From Candidatus Jacksonbacteria bacterium (lineage in GTDB: Bacteria; Patescibacteriota; Patescibacteriia; UBA9629; GWA2-43-13): a stretch of DNA of 33,147 nucleotides. The position numbers and the translations under genes were made by a program. The stretch covers positions 1 to 33,147 of the forward strand of contig JABIPD010000110.1 in the NCBI GenBank assembly GCA_018698735.1. The letters are read 5' to 3'. The notes under the pieces are model-generated. The model saw only the letters and a program-made list of their open reading frames with translations, had not been told where the DNA came from and did no database searches. Shown in pieces: positions 23,231-30,910 of this stretch; positions within the stretch are counted from its first letter, which is position 1; the number at the start of each line of letters is the position of its first letter.

Positions 23231-24691
23231 TTAATCTTTTTTACGTAGCAAAGGAAACAGTACTACATCTCTTAAATTTGAATTCCCAGATAACAAAGAA
23301 ACAAGTCTATCTACTCCCATACCCCAACCAGAAATTGGCGGCATACCATGTTTCATGGCAGTAATATATTCGTCGTCGCCTTCCATAACTTCTGTCTCAC
23401 CTTCTTCTTTACTTTCTGCCTGTTCTTCGAAGCGTTCTTTTTGGTCGATAGGGTCTACAAGCTCGCTGTAGGCTTTTACAATTTCCCAACCATTTATTAC
23501 TAATTGGAACTGGTCTACTATGTTTTCGTCTTTGTCGTTTCTTCGTGCAAGCGGTTGTAATACAGCAGGGTAGCCGTATAGAAACACTGGGTTAATTAAT
23601 GTCGGACGAACAACTTTTTTATAGAGATTATCCATTAACCCTGGCAACGACATTTCGTCTAAGCCTTCGAATGCTATATCTTTCTTTTTTATAGCCGCTC
23701 GTAGTTCATCTGCCTCGGTATAGGCAGTAATGTTTATTCCAGTTTTTTCTTTTAAGAGTTCTACAAAGTTTTCTCGTGGCCATGGTTGTTTAAAGTTTAC
23801 TTTGGTGCCATCTTCGTATTCGATTGTTTCTGGAATGTTTAATTTCTCGAATAGCGTTGCAAACACTTTCTCGGTAAAATCTATGTTGTCTTCAAAATTC
23901 CAATACGCAGCATAGTGTTCCATGTGTGTATGCTCTGGTAAATGAGATGGATCTAATCCCTCGTTTCTAAATGCTTTCCCTATTTCGAATACTTTATCAA
24001 ACCCACCTACAATTAATTCTTTTAATGGCAGCTCGTGAGAAATACGTAGGAATAAATCTTGATCCAACGCATCGTGGTGCGTTTTGTATGGGTTTGCAAC
24101 CGCACCAGTAGCAGCATGAGTAAGGGTTGATGTCTCTACTTCGTGAAACCCATGTTGCCAATAGAATTCGCGTAATGTTTTTATAACATTACTTCGGAAT
24201 ACAAATAATTCCTTGCTGTCTTGGTTTGCAATTAAATCTAAATATCGCTGACGATATTTTATTTCGGTGTCTTTTAATCCAGCCCATTTTTCTGGAAGCG
24301 GTAAGAGTGCTTTGCCGAGGAATACTGTTTTATGGGCTTTTAGTGAAAGCTCACCAGATTTTGTAACAAACATTTCTCCAGATACACCGATAAAGTCTCC
24401 GAGTGAATATATTTCATGAAACTCGGTATAGGCATGTTCTCCTACAGCATCTTTTTGTAATACCACTTGGATTTTGCCGGTAATATCTGAAATATGGCAA
24501 AATGTAATTTTCCCCATCTTTCGAATAGAGGTAATTCTGCCGGCTGTAGATAGGGTGTCTTCTTCTTTTAATCCTAATGCCTGCTGGATTGTTTTGTCTT
24601 TAGGAAATTTTTCTGGATACGGAGCAATACCAGCTGTTTTTATTTTTTTAAGCTGATCTTCGCGTGTTTGGAGTTCGTCTTGTAATGCCAT
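23231..24691 (-). CDS. lysS: Lysine--tRNA ligase, class II
   Basis: 486 aa. N-terminal OB anticodon-binding region and class II motifs (GFHEVETSTL, FEIGKAFRNEGLD, GWGMGVDRLV). Confidence 0.95.
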   Translation of the reverse strand: MALQDELQTREDQLKKIKTAGIAPYPEKFPKDKTIQQALGLKEEDTLSTAGRITSIRKMGKITFCHISDITGKIQVVLQKDAVGEHAYTEFHEIYSLGDFIGVSGEMFVTKSGELSLKAHKTVFLGKALLPLPEKWAGLKDTEIKYRQRYLDLIANQDSKELFVFRSNVIKTLREFYWQHGFHEVETSTLTHAATGAVANPYKTHHDALDQDLFLRISHELPLKELIVGGFDKVFEIGKAFRNEGLDPSHLPEHTHMEHYAAYWNFEDNIDFTEKVFATLFEKLNIPETIEYEDGTKVNFKQPWPRENFVELLKEKTGINITAYTEADELRAAIKKKDIAFEGLDEMSLPGLMDNLYKKVVRPTLINPVFLYGYPAVLQPLARRNDKDENIVDQFQLVINGWEIVKAYSELVDPIDQKERFEEQAESKEEGETEVMEGDDEYITAMKHGMPPISGWGMGVDRLVSLLSGNSNLRDVVLFPLLRKKD

Positions 24692-24750
24692 AATGGAGTA
24701 ATCGTATACGAGCGGGCGTGAAAAATCAATTAGGGAGATAATTTTGGAAT

Positions 24751-24785
24751 AAAAACGGGTACCCCTGGAGTCGTTGAGGTACCCT
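24751..24785 (-). terminator. Intrinsic terminator of island 4 bicistron
   Basis: GGGTACC (24757-63) pairs with GGTACCC (24778-84). On the minus strand this is followed by GTTTTTATT. Confidence 0.6.
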
Positions 24786-24832
24786 TGAACACATAGCTCG
24801 TGTTCGATAATGCACGAAGCGCATCCAGGCCG

Positions 24833-25309
24833 TCAGTCGTGTGTGCTGGCTTCGTGTCTGGGATGCTGAAGCGCAGCATCGATGACTTGTAGCTCCTGCC
24901 CGGCTCTTCGGTTTTCCATCCAGTCGAGAATCCCTTGGAGCTCTTCGCGCGTAGTTGCTTTGGCGGAATTCTCAGGGTTGAAGGTGTCCCTTCTTCCTAT
25001 CTTGACGATCCCGCTGTTTTTCGCGCTCGGGATGACGATCACATCCGGCCAAGTATCCGTCGACTCCTGGATGTGCCGTGCTGCCATCGCCCTGATTCGA
25101 GTTCCTGTATTGCAGAGGTCACTCAAGTCGATGACTACCGCCCGTTTGCCAGCTGCAGCGCGGTTCAGGTTCCCGAAAGTTCCGGATCCTGTTCGCCTGT
25201 CAACATCTTCTCGAAGTAGGCGATCTAGCATGGTCTCGATCTGGTGGTCTCCATTGAGACCGGCTATCGCGGGGTGGTGGTTTTCGGGGCCGAGAACGAG
25301 AAGTTTCAT
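24833..25309 (-). CDS. GC-rich island 4: 158-aa cytosolic protein, orphan (downstream partner)
   Basis: ATG 25309 overlaps the upstream stop (ATGA at 25309-25306). It begins MKLLVLGPEN (Rossmann-like first strand). No named domain recognised. Confidence 0.6.
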   Translation of the reverse strand: MKLLVLGPENHHPAIAGLNGDHQIETMLDRLLREDVDRRTGSGTFGNLNRAAAGKRAVVIDLSDLCNTGTRIRAMAARHIQESTDTWPDVIVIPSAKNSGIVKIGRRDTFNPENSAKATTREELQGILDWMENRRAGQELQVIDAALQHPRHEASTHD

Positions 25310-25713
25310 GTGGCGATTCCGTGTGCTACGAGAGTCTCTTTGGTGAAGAGTTCTCTCATGATTTCCGATGCAGCTCGTGAAGGTAAGCTGATGTGCGCGA
25401 GCTCGAGTGAGCTGCGCACGTGTGGGTCGTCTGCTGCACCCAGTACTAGGGGTGCTGGCGAAGACAACTCGAGGACATCAACAACCGTAAGAGGCGCTGT
25501 TGTTCCATTGGCAGCGAGAAGAGAAAGCAATGTCCAGGCGAGCTGACGAACCTCTAGAGTTGTGCCATCTCTGGCAAACCGAGAGAGGCTTTTCCTCTGC
25601 ATCTGAGCATTTGTTTCTGCCATGCTAGGAAGCCTGGCATTCTCCCCCCTCCTTTGTTGGGGGAGACGGAAGCCGATGAGTGCTGCAGCTGATGTTACTT
25701 GTGACGAAGACAC
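25306..25713 (-). CDS. GC-rich island 4: 135-aa protein, orphan (upstream partner)
   Basis: GTG 25713 with AGGAG 8 nt upstream (25726-25722). Stop TGA 25308-25306 overlaps the next start. Confidence 0.55.
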   Translation of the reverse strand: MSSSQVTSAAALIGFRLPQQRRGENARLPSMAETNAQMQRKSLSRFARDGTTLEVRQLAWTLLSLLAANGTTAPLTVVDVLELSSPAPLVLGAADDPHVRSSLELAHISLPSRAASEIMRELFTKETLVAHGIAT

Positions 25714-25764
25714 CGAGACGCTCCTGTCGAGTCTGTGTGGAAGGGACGATTTCCTGCTAATACG

Positions 25765-25793
25765 AATATACTAAATAATGATTTTAATGTCAA
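25765..25793 (-). promoter_or_regulatory. Sigma70-like promoter of island 4
   Basis: The minus strand reads TTGACA (25793-88), a 17-nt spacer, then TATATT (25770-65). Confidence 0.5.
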
Positions 25794-25815
25794 TTTAATC
25801 TTGTGGTTTATGGAT

Positions 25816-25850
25816 CAAAAAATAAACGGCTCACTGCATGAGCCGTTTAT
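25816..25850 (-). terminator. Intrinsic terminator downstream of ndh
   Basis: 12-bp stem ATAAACGGCTCA/TGAGCCGTTTAT with a T-run on the minus strand (A-run 25816-25821 on plus). Confidence 0.6.
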
Positions 25851-25900
25851 TTATGCTAAAGAAAGCCTAATTTGAGATTTAAGTTTTTAAATCCTTGCTT

Positions 25901-25960
25901 GTCATTTCGCGCGCCCCGTACCGAATGGTTACTGGGGAGGAGGCTCGGCGACGAGAAATC
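25901..25960 (+). repeat. GTCAT-capped palindromic repeat (copy 4)
   Basis: GTCATTTCGcgcGCCCCGTAcc...ACTGGGGAGGAGgctcggcgaCGAGAAATC. It shares the GCCCCGT and ACTGGGGAGGAG blocks with copy 30631-30709. Confidence 0.55.
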
Positions 25961-25993
25961 GGGGAACGAATGAACAGGTATTGCTCGACTACA

Positions 25994-26033
25994 GATTTCT
26001 CGTCTCCGCTAATAGGCGGATTCTCGAAATGAC
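25994..26033 (-). repeat. GTCAT-capped palindromic repeat (copy 5, inverted)
   Basis: The minus strand reads GTCATTTCGAGAatccgcctattagcggagaCGAGAAATC. It forms an inverted pair with copy 4. Confidence 0.55.
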
Positions 26034-26043
26034 AGAAGAAGAG

Positions 26044-27285
26044 TTAAAGCTCGGAAATATCGCGGTGGGTAAAGATTCTAATAGTCCATTCTACGGTTGC
26101 TCGTAATCGCTGTTTCCATGAAATAAGTTTTGCAAAATAAATAGTTCTCCACATCCACCATGCAAACCTACCGGTGAGCGAAAAACTACCTATTTGCGCT
26201 GCTGCTTTCCATCTTCCTAGCGACAATAGCATTCCAGCGGATTTATAATGAAAAGCTTTTACAGGTTTATTGTTTATGAGTCGTTGTATGTTGATGGCAG
26301 TTGCACTGGCCTGCTGTACTGCAGCTTGCGCGAGTGCTGGCACGTTTTCCGGGTGATCTGCCATGTCGCCTAGCACAAATATTTCTGGCGAACTAGTAAT
26401 CTGAAGACTTGCATTTACAGTAATTTTTCCGTCGAAAGATTTTGCTGGTTTTATATCAAACTCTATTTCAGCGGCTTTAATCCCTGCAACAAAAATGGGA
26501 GTAGCAGTGTGTAGCGTTTTTCCGCTTTCTAGGGTAATGCCGTTTTCGTCTATGCTCTCTACTGATTGTTGGAGATGCATGTTAACGCCAGCTTTCTGTA
26601 ATTGTTTCAGGCTCTCTCTTTGAATTGTTGGTGCAAACGAAGAAACCAATTTGTCTGAGCGTTCTATTAAATGAACCTGCGCATGCTGCATTAATTCCAA
26701 GGGGTAGAATCTTCTAAAAGTTTTATGAATAAATTCTGCTAACTCGGAGGCTATCTCTACTCCGGTTGGGCCGCCGCCAATAACGGCAAATTGAAGCAGT
26801 TGTTTTTGTTTTTTTGCATCTGCCTCATGGCGGGCGTGTTCGAAGCATTCTATGACGTGATTTTTAAGTTTAATGGCATCTTCCATTGTTTTTAATGTAA
26901 AGCAATGTTTGCGTGCATTGGTAATATTAAAAAAGTTTGTTTTTGCACCAAGTGCAATTACTAAATAGTCGTATGAAATATTCCCAAGCGAAGTTTGTAT
27001 TAATTGTTCTTGGCTATGTATTTTTTGTGCGGTTGCTTGGTAAAAATCTGTTTGGCAGCAGGTAATAAAACTACGAATAGGTTGCATTATAGTATCTGGC
27101 GGTAATCCACCGGTTGCAACCTCGTGTAAGAGGGGAGTAAACAGGAAATAATTTTTTGGGTTTACTATAATTATTTCTATTTGTTTGTTGCTGTGGAATT
27201 TTTTGTGGAGATAACGAAAAGTATTAACACCAGCAAACCCGGCTCCTAAAATTACTATTCGTATTTTTTTTGTTTCTGCTTTCAT
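26044..27285 (-). CDS. ndh: Type II NADH dehydrogenase (NDH-2)
   Basis: 413 aa. Two dinucleotide-binding motifs, IVILGAGFAGV and AVIGGGPTGVE, and a C-terminal amphipathic/membrane segment. Confidence 0.85.
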   Translation of the reverse strand: MKAETKKIRIVILGAGFAGVNTFRYLHKKFHSNKQIEIIIVNPKNYFLFTPLLHEVATGGLPPDTIMQPIRSFITCCQTDFYQATAQKIHSQEQLIQTSLGNISYDYLVIALGAKTNFFNITNARKHCFTLKTMEDAIKLKNHVIECFEHARHEADAKKQKQLLQFAVIGGGPTGVEIASELAEFIHKTFRRFYPLELMQHAQVHLIERSDKLVSSFAPTIQRESLKQLQKAGVNMHLQQSVESIDENGITLESGKTLHTATPIFVAGIKAAEIEFDIKPAKSFDGKITVNASLQITSSPEIFVLGDMADHPENVPALAQAAVQQASATAINIQRLINNKPVKAFHYKSAGMLLSLGRWKAAAQIGSFSLTGRFAWWMWRTIYFAKLISWKQRLRATVEWTIRIFTHRDISEL

Positions 27286-27319
27286 GTATACAATAATACA
27301 AAAATCCTAAACATTAAGC

Positions 27320-27439
27320 AAAAAAAAAAGAGCTCGCCGGGTCGGAATGGCGAGCAGATCGGGGTACGATGGAGAGGCAGTAATCTCTTGAGTTGGGGGG
27401 ATGTGTTTACCCACAATCAGAGAGTACTATCTCTTTGTT
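27320..27439 (-). ncRNA. Structured leader with intrinsic terminator upstream of ndh (or independent sRNA)
   Basis: About 120 nt, starting just downstream of promoter 27474-27446 and ending at the terminator. Terminator is GCTCGCC/GGCGAGC (27332-27355) followed by T10 on the minus strand, 35 nt before the ndh ATG. Internal hairpins AGAGA-uaguac-UCUCU and UGUG-gguaaa-CACA. Confidence 0.35.
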
Positions 27440-27445
27440 GTTTAA

Positions 27446-27474
27446 AATATAGTGGAGATGTCGTTTAAGGTCAA
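27446..27474 (-). promoter_or_regulatory. Sigma70-like promoter
   Basis: The minus strand reads TTGACC (27474-69), a 17-nt spacer, then TATATT (27451-46). Confidence 0.45.
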
Positions 27475-27545
27475 GCTTATTTATAAAACTTAGTAAAAAA
27501 ATACTCACCAAGAAAATTAAGGTAAGTATTTTATAATGAAGGTAA

Positions 27546-28403
27546 TTAGCTTGCCGCGTTTATTGCAACAAAAATTCCCGCAGCAATTCCACCAGCTATC
27601 GCAAGTGCTATAAGCACAATACCAACAATCAACCAAACATGGAGGTAGTGTTCGTTTTTCTCTTTTTGCTCTGGGGTTATTTCGCCTCTCGATTCTTTTA
27701 AGCTTAAGTATAACTCGGCCATAAAGCACATGGTGTAAGGAATATAGAGAAACATTACAATAGACGTTAATATAATTTGTGCAAGTTCTCCTCCTCCCAC
27801 AGCAACGCCGATTATATAAGAAATAATTCCTGCAATAATAAACAATGCGTATACTGCGAGCGATAATAATATCGACCTTCCAACAATAGCCCACCATCTA
27901 CCTCTCACGAGAATGCGAGATTTCCGAATCGAATCCATAATGCCAAGGTTTTCGTCTACATATACGTACAAAGCAAACATTAATTGAACAGCAAGAATAA
28001 TTCCTGGAACAATAAATGCGATATACCCACCTAAAACAATAACCATCATAACAATATTTATTCCGATTGATGGGATAATAAGTTTTAAGCTTTTCTTTAG
28101 GGTTACCTTAACGTTGCTTGTGGTTTCTTTTGACAAGCTCGCAATAAGTAATGCTAATGGTGCCCATACGGCAATAAGTACATACAGAAGTGTAAAAAGA
28201 ATAAACCCAACAACAAAAAGTATGCTGCTTGGATTTGTTAATTCTAGGTTAGGATCTCCTTGCGCATATAACGAGTATAAGAGAATAGAAGCAGCATAGA
28301 GAGCCGAAAGAATAAGCAGTGTTTTTTGTCGTTGTTTGAGTCTTGCCCAAGCAGCACGAAAGAGTGCTCCTGGTGCGATTAATAATTTAGTTGATTCTGA
28401 CAT
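27546..28403 (-). CDS. Multi-pass membrane protein, unknown function
   Basis: 285 aa with about 6 TM helices and host-like composition. Possible TTCACT-17-TATACT promoter upstream. No family recognised. Confidence 0.6.
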   Translation of the reverse strand: MSESTKLLIAPGALFRAAWARLKQRQKTLLILSALYAASILLYSLYAQGDPNLELTNPSSILFVVGFILFTLLYVLIAVWAPLALLIASLSKETTSNVKVTLKKSLKLIIPSIGINIVMMVIVLGGYIAFIVPGIILAVQLMFALYVYVDENLGIMDSIRKSRILVRGRWWAIVGRSILLSLAVYALFIIAGIISYIIGVAVGGGELAQIILTSIVMFLYIPYTMCFMAELYLSLKESRGEITPEQKEKNEHYLHVWLIVGIVLIALAIAGGIAAGIFVAINAAS

Positions 28404-28473
28404 AGAGCCTGTAATGGTTAATAGGTTACTTACTATAAGTATACCTTGGGAAGAAATTTTAGTGAATGTCTCC

Positions 28474-28527
28474 TATAAAACAGAACGGGGCCTTAGTGTG
28501 TAGACGTATCTACAGTTACTAAGGCCC
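28474..28527 (-). terminator. Long hairpin overlapping the island 5 stop codon
   Basis: GGGCCTTAG (28488-96) pairs with CTAAGGCCC (28519-27), with inner GTAGA/TCTAC. The U-rich tract begins 7 nt after the stem, so this is only moderately convincing. Confidence 0.4.
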
Positions 28528-28995
28528 ACGGGAGGTAGGGTTAGGGGCGCCAGCGACTGGCTGGCTTGTGCTCTCAGTGGTTGGTTCAAGCACCGGGCGG
28601 CCTCCTTGTTCGTGAAGGGTAAAGTCCTGGCACTTCAATTTTACCATGGCCACAATCTCGGACCGCGTGTATTGGGAAGCTTGGCCAGATTCGAATTCAA
28701 AGCTGAACGAGTCTTCTATTGACCATGAACCAAGCTGGAGCTTTGTTGTTGGTACCGGCTCTTTGGCAGGGCTAATCGAGGCGATTCTCGTCCAGATGCC
28801 GTTTGTGTTTTGCTCAAGGAAAACGGTCTCTCCGGTTTGGTTTCGGATCGTTACCGGGACCGTAAAGATTGAAACATTCACACAAACTACAAGTGGCGGG
28901 CCAAGAAGCGACCCACCACAGCCGAGGATTACCAAGAGGAATGCGAAGAGAGCTAGCATGAAGGCGATTTGCACACTGCGGCGACGTAATACCAT
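28519..28995 (-). CDS. GC-rich island 5: 158-aa putative lipoprotein, orphan
   Basis: AAGGAG lies 8 nt before ATG 28995. N-terminal MVLRRRSVQIAFMLALFAFLLVILGC has a lipobox-like ILGC. The C-terminus is Pro/Thr-rich. Confidence 0.6.
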   Translation of the reverse strand: MVLRRRSVQIAFMLALFAFLLVILGCGGSLLGPPLVVCVNVSIFTVPVTIRNQTGETVFLEQNTNGIWTRIASISPAKEPVPTTKLQLGSWSIEDSFSFEFESGQASQYTRSEIVAMVKLKCQDFTLHEQGGRPVLEPTTESTSQPVAGAPNPTSRGP

Positions 28996-29031
28996 GACCA
29001 GTTCTCCTTTGGTGCGAGGCTTCGTTGCATA

Positions 29032-29061
29032 TATCTAACAATGCTTTTGGGAGCTTGTCAA
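29032..29061 (-). promoter_or_regulatory. Sigma70-like promoter of the lipoprotein gene
   Basis: The minus strand reads TTGACA (29061-56), a 17-18-nt spacer, then TTAGATA (29038-32). Confidence 0.45.
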
Positions 29062-29071
29062 AAAAAACTTC

Positions 29072-29100
29072 TTGACTTTTGTTTCTGGGAGGACTATAAC
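29072..29100 (+). promoter_or_regulatory. Divergent sigma70-like promoter driving the non-coding transcript
   Basis: TTGACT (29072-77), a 17-nt spacer, then TATAAC (29095-100). It lies back to back with the minus-strand promoter, 10 nt away. Confidence 0.45.
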
Positions 29101-29106
29101 AGGGGT

Positions 29107-29471
29107 GTGAGAAGATTTCTGATCCCATTGCTCGCCCAGGGGCCGTTGCGGGGAATAGTAGTGGTAGCGGGCTTGAAAAAGGAACAGCGACGCGAGCCTT
29201 TCAGATATTTTCTTTGAAGGCTGGTATGCCTGTTTAATGGATGTCAGCCTTCCTCCTTATTTTTTCGTTCTTTCTCAACTTTAGAGTGTGTACCTGCGTG
29301 GCGTTTGACGATTTCGAAATAAGTCCTCAGTTCGTCAGACTTTCGTAGGTACGCAAAAGCCAGCTGGAATCATGGAACCACCTATCTCGTCCAATTGTTG
29401 GATCGAGCCTAGGCCTCAATTCATGTTCCAGCTGGCACCCCTCCGAATAGAGTACGAGGGGTGATTTTTTT
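29107..29471 (+). ncRNA. About 365-nt structured non-coding RNA candidate (island 5)
   Basis: No SD-preceded ORF in any plus-strand frame (checked by hand). Successive helices are GAAGGCTG/CAGCCTTC (29216-29252), GTACCTGCG/CGTAGGTAC (29290-29352) enclosing TGACGA/TCGTCA, and CCAGCTGGAATCATG/CATGTTCCAGCTGG (29360-29435). A strong terminator follows. Confidence 0.4.
29436..29471 (+). terminator. Intrinsic terminator
   Basis: CACCCCTC (29436-43) pairs with GAGGGGTG (29456-63), followed by A and T7. Confidence 0.7.
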
Positions 29472-29473
29472 AA

Positions 29474-29920
29474 TTAAAGTAATTTTTCTAAATGGATTCT
29501 GGTTTGTTCTATTTCTTCGTAGGGTGTTGTTTCGGTAAACATAAATCCATTCGAAACTAAAAAAGCCAGCATTTCTCTGCGGCAGTTTCGTGTTTTTATC
29601 GTTAGTTTTTTGTAGTCCTTATCTTTAGCCCATTGCAGCTGGTGTGTCATCAACTGTTTCATCACTCCCTTTCTTCTGTGCAGTGGATCAACCCCCGCCA
29701 TCCAGCAGTAGAAAGAATTATCAGAGTCTCTATCGTAGCTTACCATATATCCTGCTGGTGCATTGCCTACAAATGCAATCAGAATACAGTGATCTTTTTT
29801 TCTATACCGATCAGTAAAGTAGTTTGCAGTGTATGGCTGTGGCGAAGAGAACTCGGGGATTGTTTCGTTTATTGCCATTGCCTGACGGATGGTTCCCTCC
29901 TTAACAGAGAGATGCGCCAT
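29474..29920 (-). CDS. GNAT-family N-acetyltransferase
   Basis: Start set at ATG 29920, 7 nt after the upstream stop (the track starts at TTG 29935). Acetyl-CoA motif region HRRKGVMKQLM. Confidence 0.8.
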   Translation of the reverse strand: MAHLSVKEGTIRQAMAINETIPEFSSPQPYTANYFTDRYRKKDHCILIAFVGNAPAGYMVSYDRDSDNSFYCWMAGVDPLHRRKGVMKQLMTHQLQWAKDKDYKKLTIKTRNCRREMLAFLVSNGFMFTETTPYEEIEQTRIHLEKLL

Positions 29921-29927
29921 AAGAAAT

Positions 29928-30257
29928 TTAGCCAATAACGTACTGAATTAAGAATACGGCGGTCATTGCGAACACAAGAATAATGCTGATAATAAGCAGT
30001 GCTGCTTTTAGGAATTTTTCTTCTTGTTTGTTTTTTATTATTCCAGTAATAGCAAGTAAGAAGGAAAGGACCGGTAATCCAATCGTTAAAATAAAACCAG
30101 TGGCAGGGGTAAGCGATTGGAACGATTTTGTAAGCGGCGAGTCTGGAAAAAAGTTAAAGAGTTTGAATATTGCACCAGTCCAAAAGAGTGCGGTTGGGAC
30201 CAAGAGGATAAACCCAAGTGTTGTAAGTTGAGTAAGACCTCGTTTTTCATTTTTCAT
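29928..30257 (-). CDS. Small 3-TM membrane protein, unknown function (host-like composition)
   Basis: 109 aa with helices at residues about 10-30, 50-75 and 85-105. Apparently co-transcribed with the GNAT gene. Confidence 0.55.
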   Translation of the reverse strand: MKNEKRGLTQLTTLGFILLVPTALFWTGAIFKLFNFFPDSPLTKSFQSLTPATGFILTIGLPVLSFLLAITGIIKNKQEEKFLKAALLIISIILVFAMTAVFLIQYVIG

Positions 30258-30308
30258 ATTTTAGGTGTTTATTTTATATCTTTATAATACCAAATTTTTG
30301 ATAGAAAG

Positions 30309-30335
30309 ATCAAAAAATATCCCTTTCGGGATATT
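30309..30335 (-). terminator. Intrinsic terminator after rpmB
   Basis: The minus strand reads AATATCCC-gaaa-GGGATATT followed by TTTTGA. Confidence 0.6.
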
Positions 30336-30342
30336 CGTTGAT

Positions 30343-30519
30343 TTAAGCAGCAAGTTTAGACATTACTCGTAGACACCTGGTACAAACGTCTCGTTTTTTT
30401 CCTTCTATCTTTTTTGTTTGAAGATTTGGATAAACGCGACGTTTTGTTTTTACCATTGAGTGCGATCGAGATAAAGACATTTTAGAACTTCGCTTGCAGA
30501 GGTAACATTCTTTAGCCAT
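30343..30519 (-). CDS. rpmB: 50S ribosomal protein L28
   Basis: Hand-translated 58-aa ORF below the track cut-off: MAKECYLCKRSSKMSLSRSHSMVKTKRRVYPNLQTKKIEGKKRDVCTRCLRVMSKLAA. It matches the L28 pattern C..C...SHS..KTKRR..PNLQ...VC..CLR. Confidence 0.85.
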   Translation of the reverse strand: MAKECYLCKRSSKMSLSRSHSMVKTKRRVYPNLQTKKIEGKKRDVCTRCLRVMSKLAA

Positions 30520-30630
30520 AGAGAGGTATTATTGATAACGAGACATACTGTACCAGATATTTGTATAGAGGTCAATTATTTTTTTATAGTCATTAGCGAT
30601 GTGTGTATTCGTATGTTTTGATTGTGATAT

Positions 30631-30709
30631 GCAGAGATCCTTCGCCGACATGCAGTCTCCTCCCCAGTCACTCTGTCAAGCAGACTACGGACGGGGCAGG
30701 CTGGATGAC
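30631..30709 (-). repeat. GTCAT-capped palindromic repeat (copy 6, inverted)
   Basis: The minus strand reads GTCATCCAGCCTGCCCCGTCC...AGTGACTGGGGAGGAGACTGC...CGAAGGATCTCTGC. It has the same ATCTCTGC end as copy 1. Confidence 0.55.
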
Positions 30710-30734
30710 GAGTAAGGAGGACCCCTTTCCATTC

Positions 30735-30790
30735 GTCATTCAGCCGCGCCCCGTCCTTGTGACAAGGAGATTGTCTCAATCGAAGAATCT
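30735..30790 (+). repeat. GTCAT-capped palindromic repeat (copy 7)
   Basis: GTCATTCAGCCGCGCCCCGTCCTTGTGACAAGGAGATTGTCTCAATCGAAGAATCT contains the palindrome CCTTGTGACAAGG. It forms an inverted pair with copy 6. Confidence 0.55.
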
Positions 30791-30828
30791 TTGGAGCTTG
30801 GAATTATTCATCATTAAATTATTTTTAA

Positions 30829-30873
30829 GAAAACGAAAAGTGGTACCGGCTGCAGGATGCAACGAGTACCACC
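30829..30873 (-). terminator. Hairpin terminator after island 6 240-aa gene
   Basis: The minus strand reads GTGGTAC-19 nt-GTACCAC followed by TTTTCGTTTTC. Confidence 0.45.
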
Positions 30874-30910
30874 TATAATTCCTCCTTTCATGAGGATGTG
30901 AGTTTGTTGT

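Noticed and set aside
24882-25546. Plus-strand ORFs antisense to island 4 genes (24882..25346, 24935..25219, 25244..25546).
   Set aside because: Ser/Arg/Leu-rich antisense-type composition, with no SD or promoter. The minus-strand pair has a promoter, SD, ATGA coupling and a terminator.
27395-27406. ACACAUCCCCCC in the ndh leader resembling the ACANCCCC bulge I recall from the nadA (NAD+) riboswitch.
   Set aside because: This is a single 8-nt match. I could not reconstruct the flanking P1/P1a helices or the tandem-domain layout, and the class is reported from a different phylum. It is left as a pointer for a covariance-model scan, not a call.
27517-27897. 126-aa ORF in an alternative frame of the 285-aa membrane protein gene.
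   Set aside because: It is nested out of frame in a longer ORF with convincing TM helices, and it is Cys/Arg/Tyr-rich.
28646-29128. ORFs 28646..29038 (+) and 28814..29128 (-) overlapping the island 5 lipoprotein gene and its promoter region.
   Set aside because: They are out of frame or antisense to the ORF that has a strong SD and a signal/lipobox. They run across promoter elements.
29216-29265. Treating GAAGGCTG/CAGCCTTC as a terminator ending a short sRNA, and the minus-strand AGGAGG at 29251-29256 as an RBS.
   Set aside because: The T-run starts 7 nt after the stem, which is non-canonical. No start codon follows the antisense AGGAGG within 5-12 nt. It is treated as an internal helix of the longer RNA candidate.
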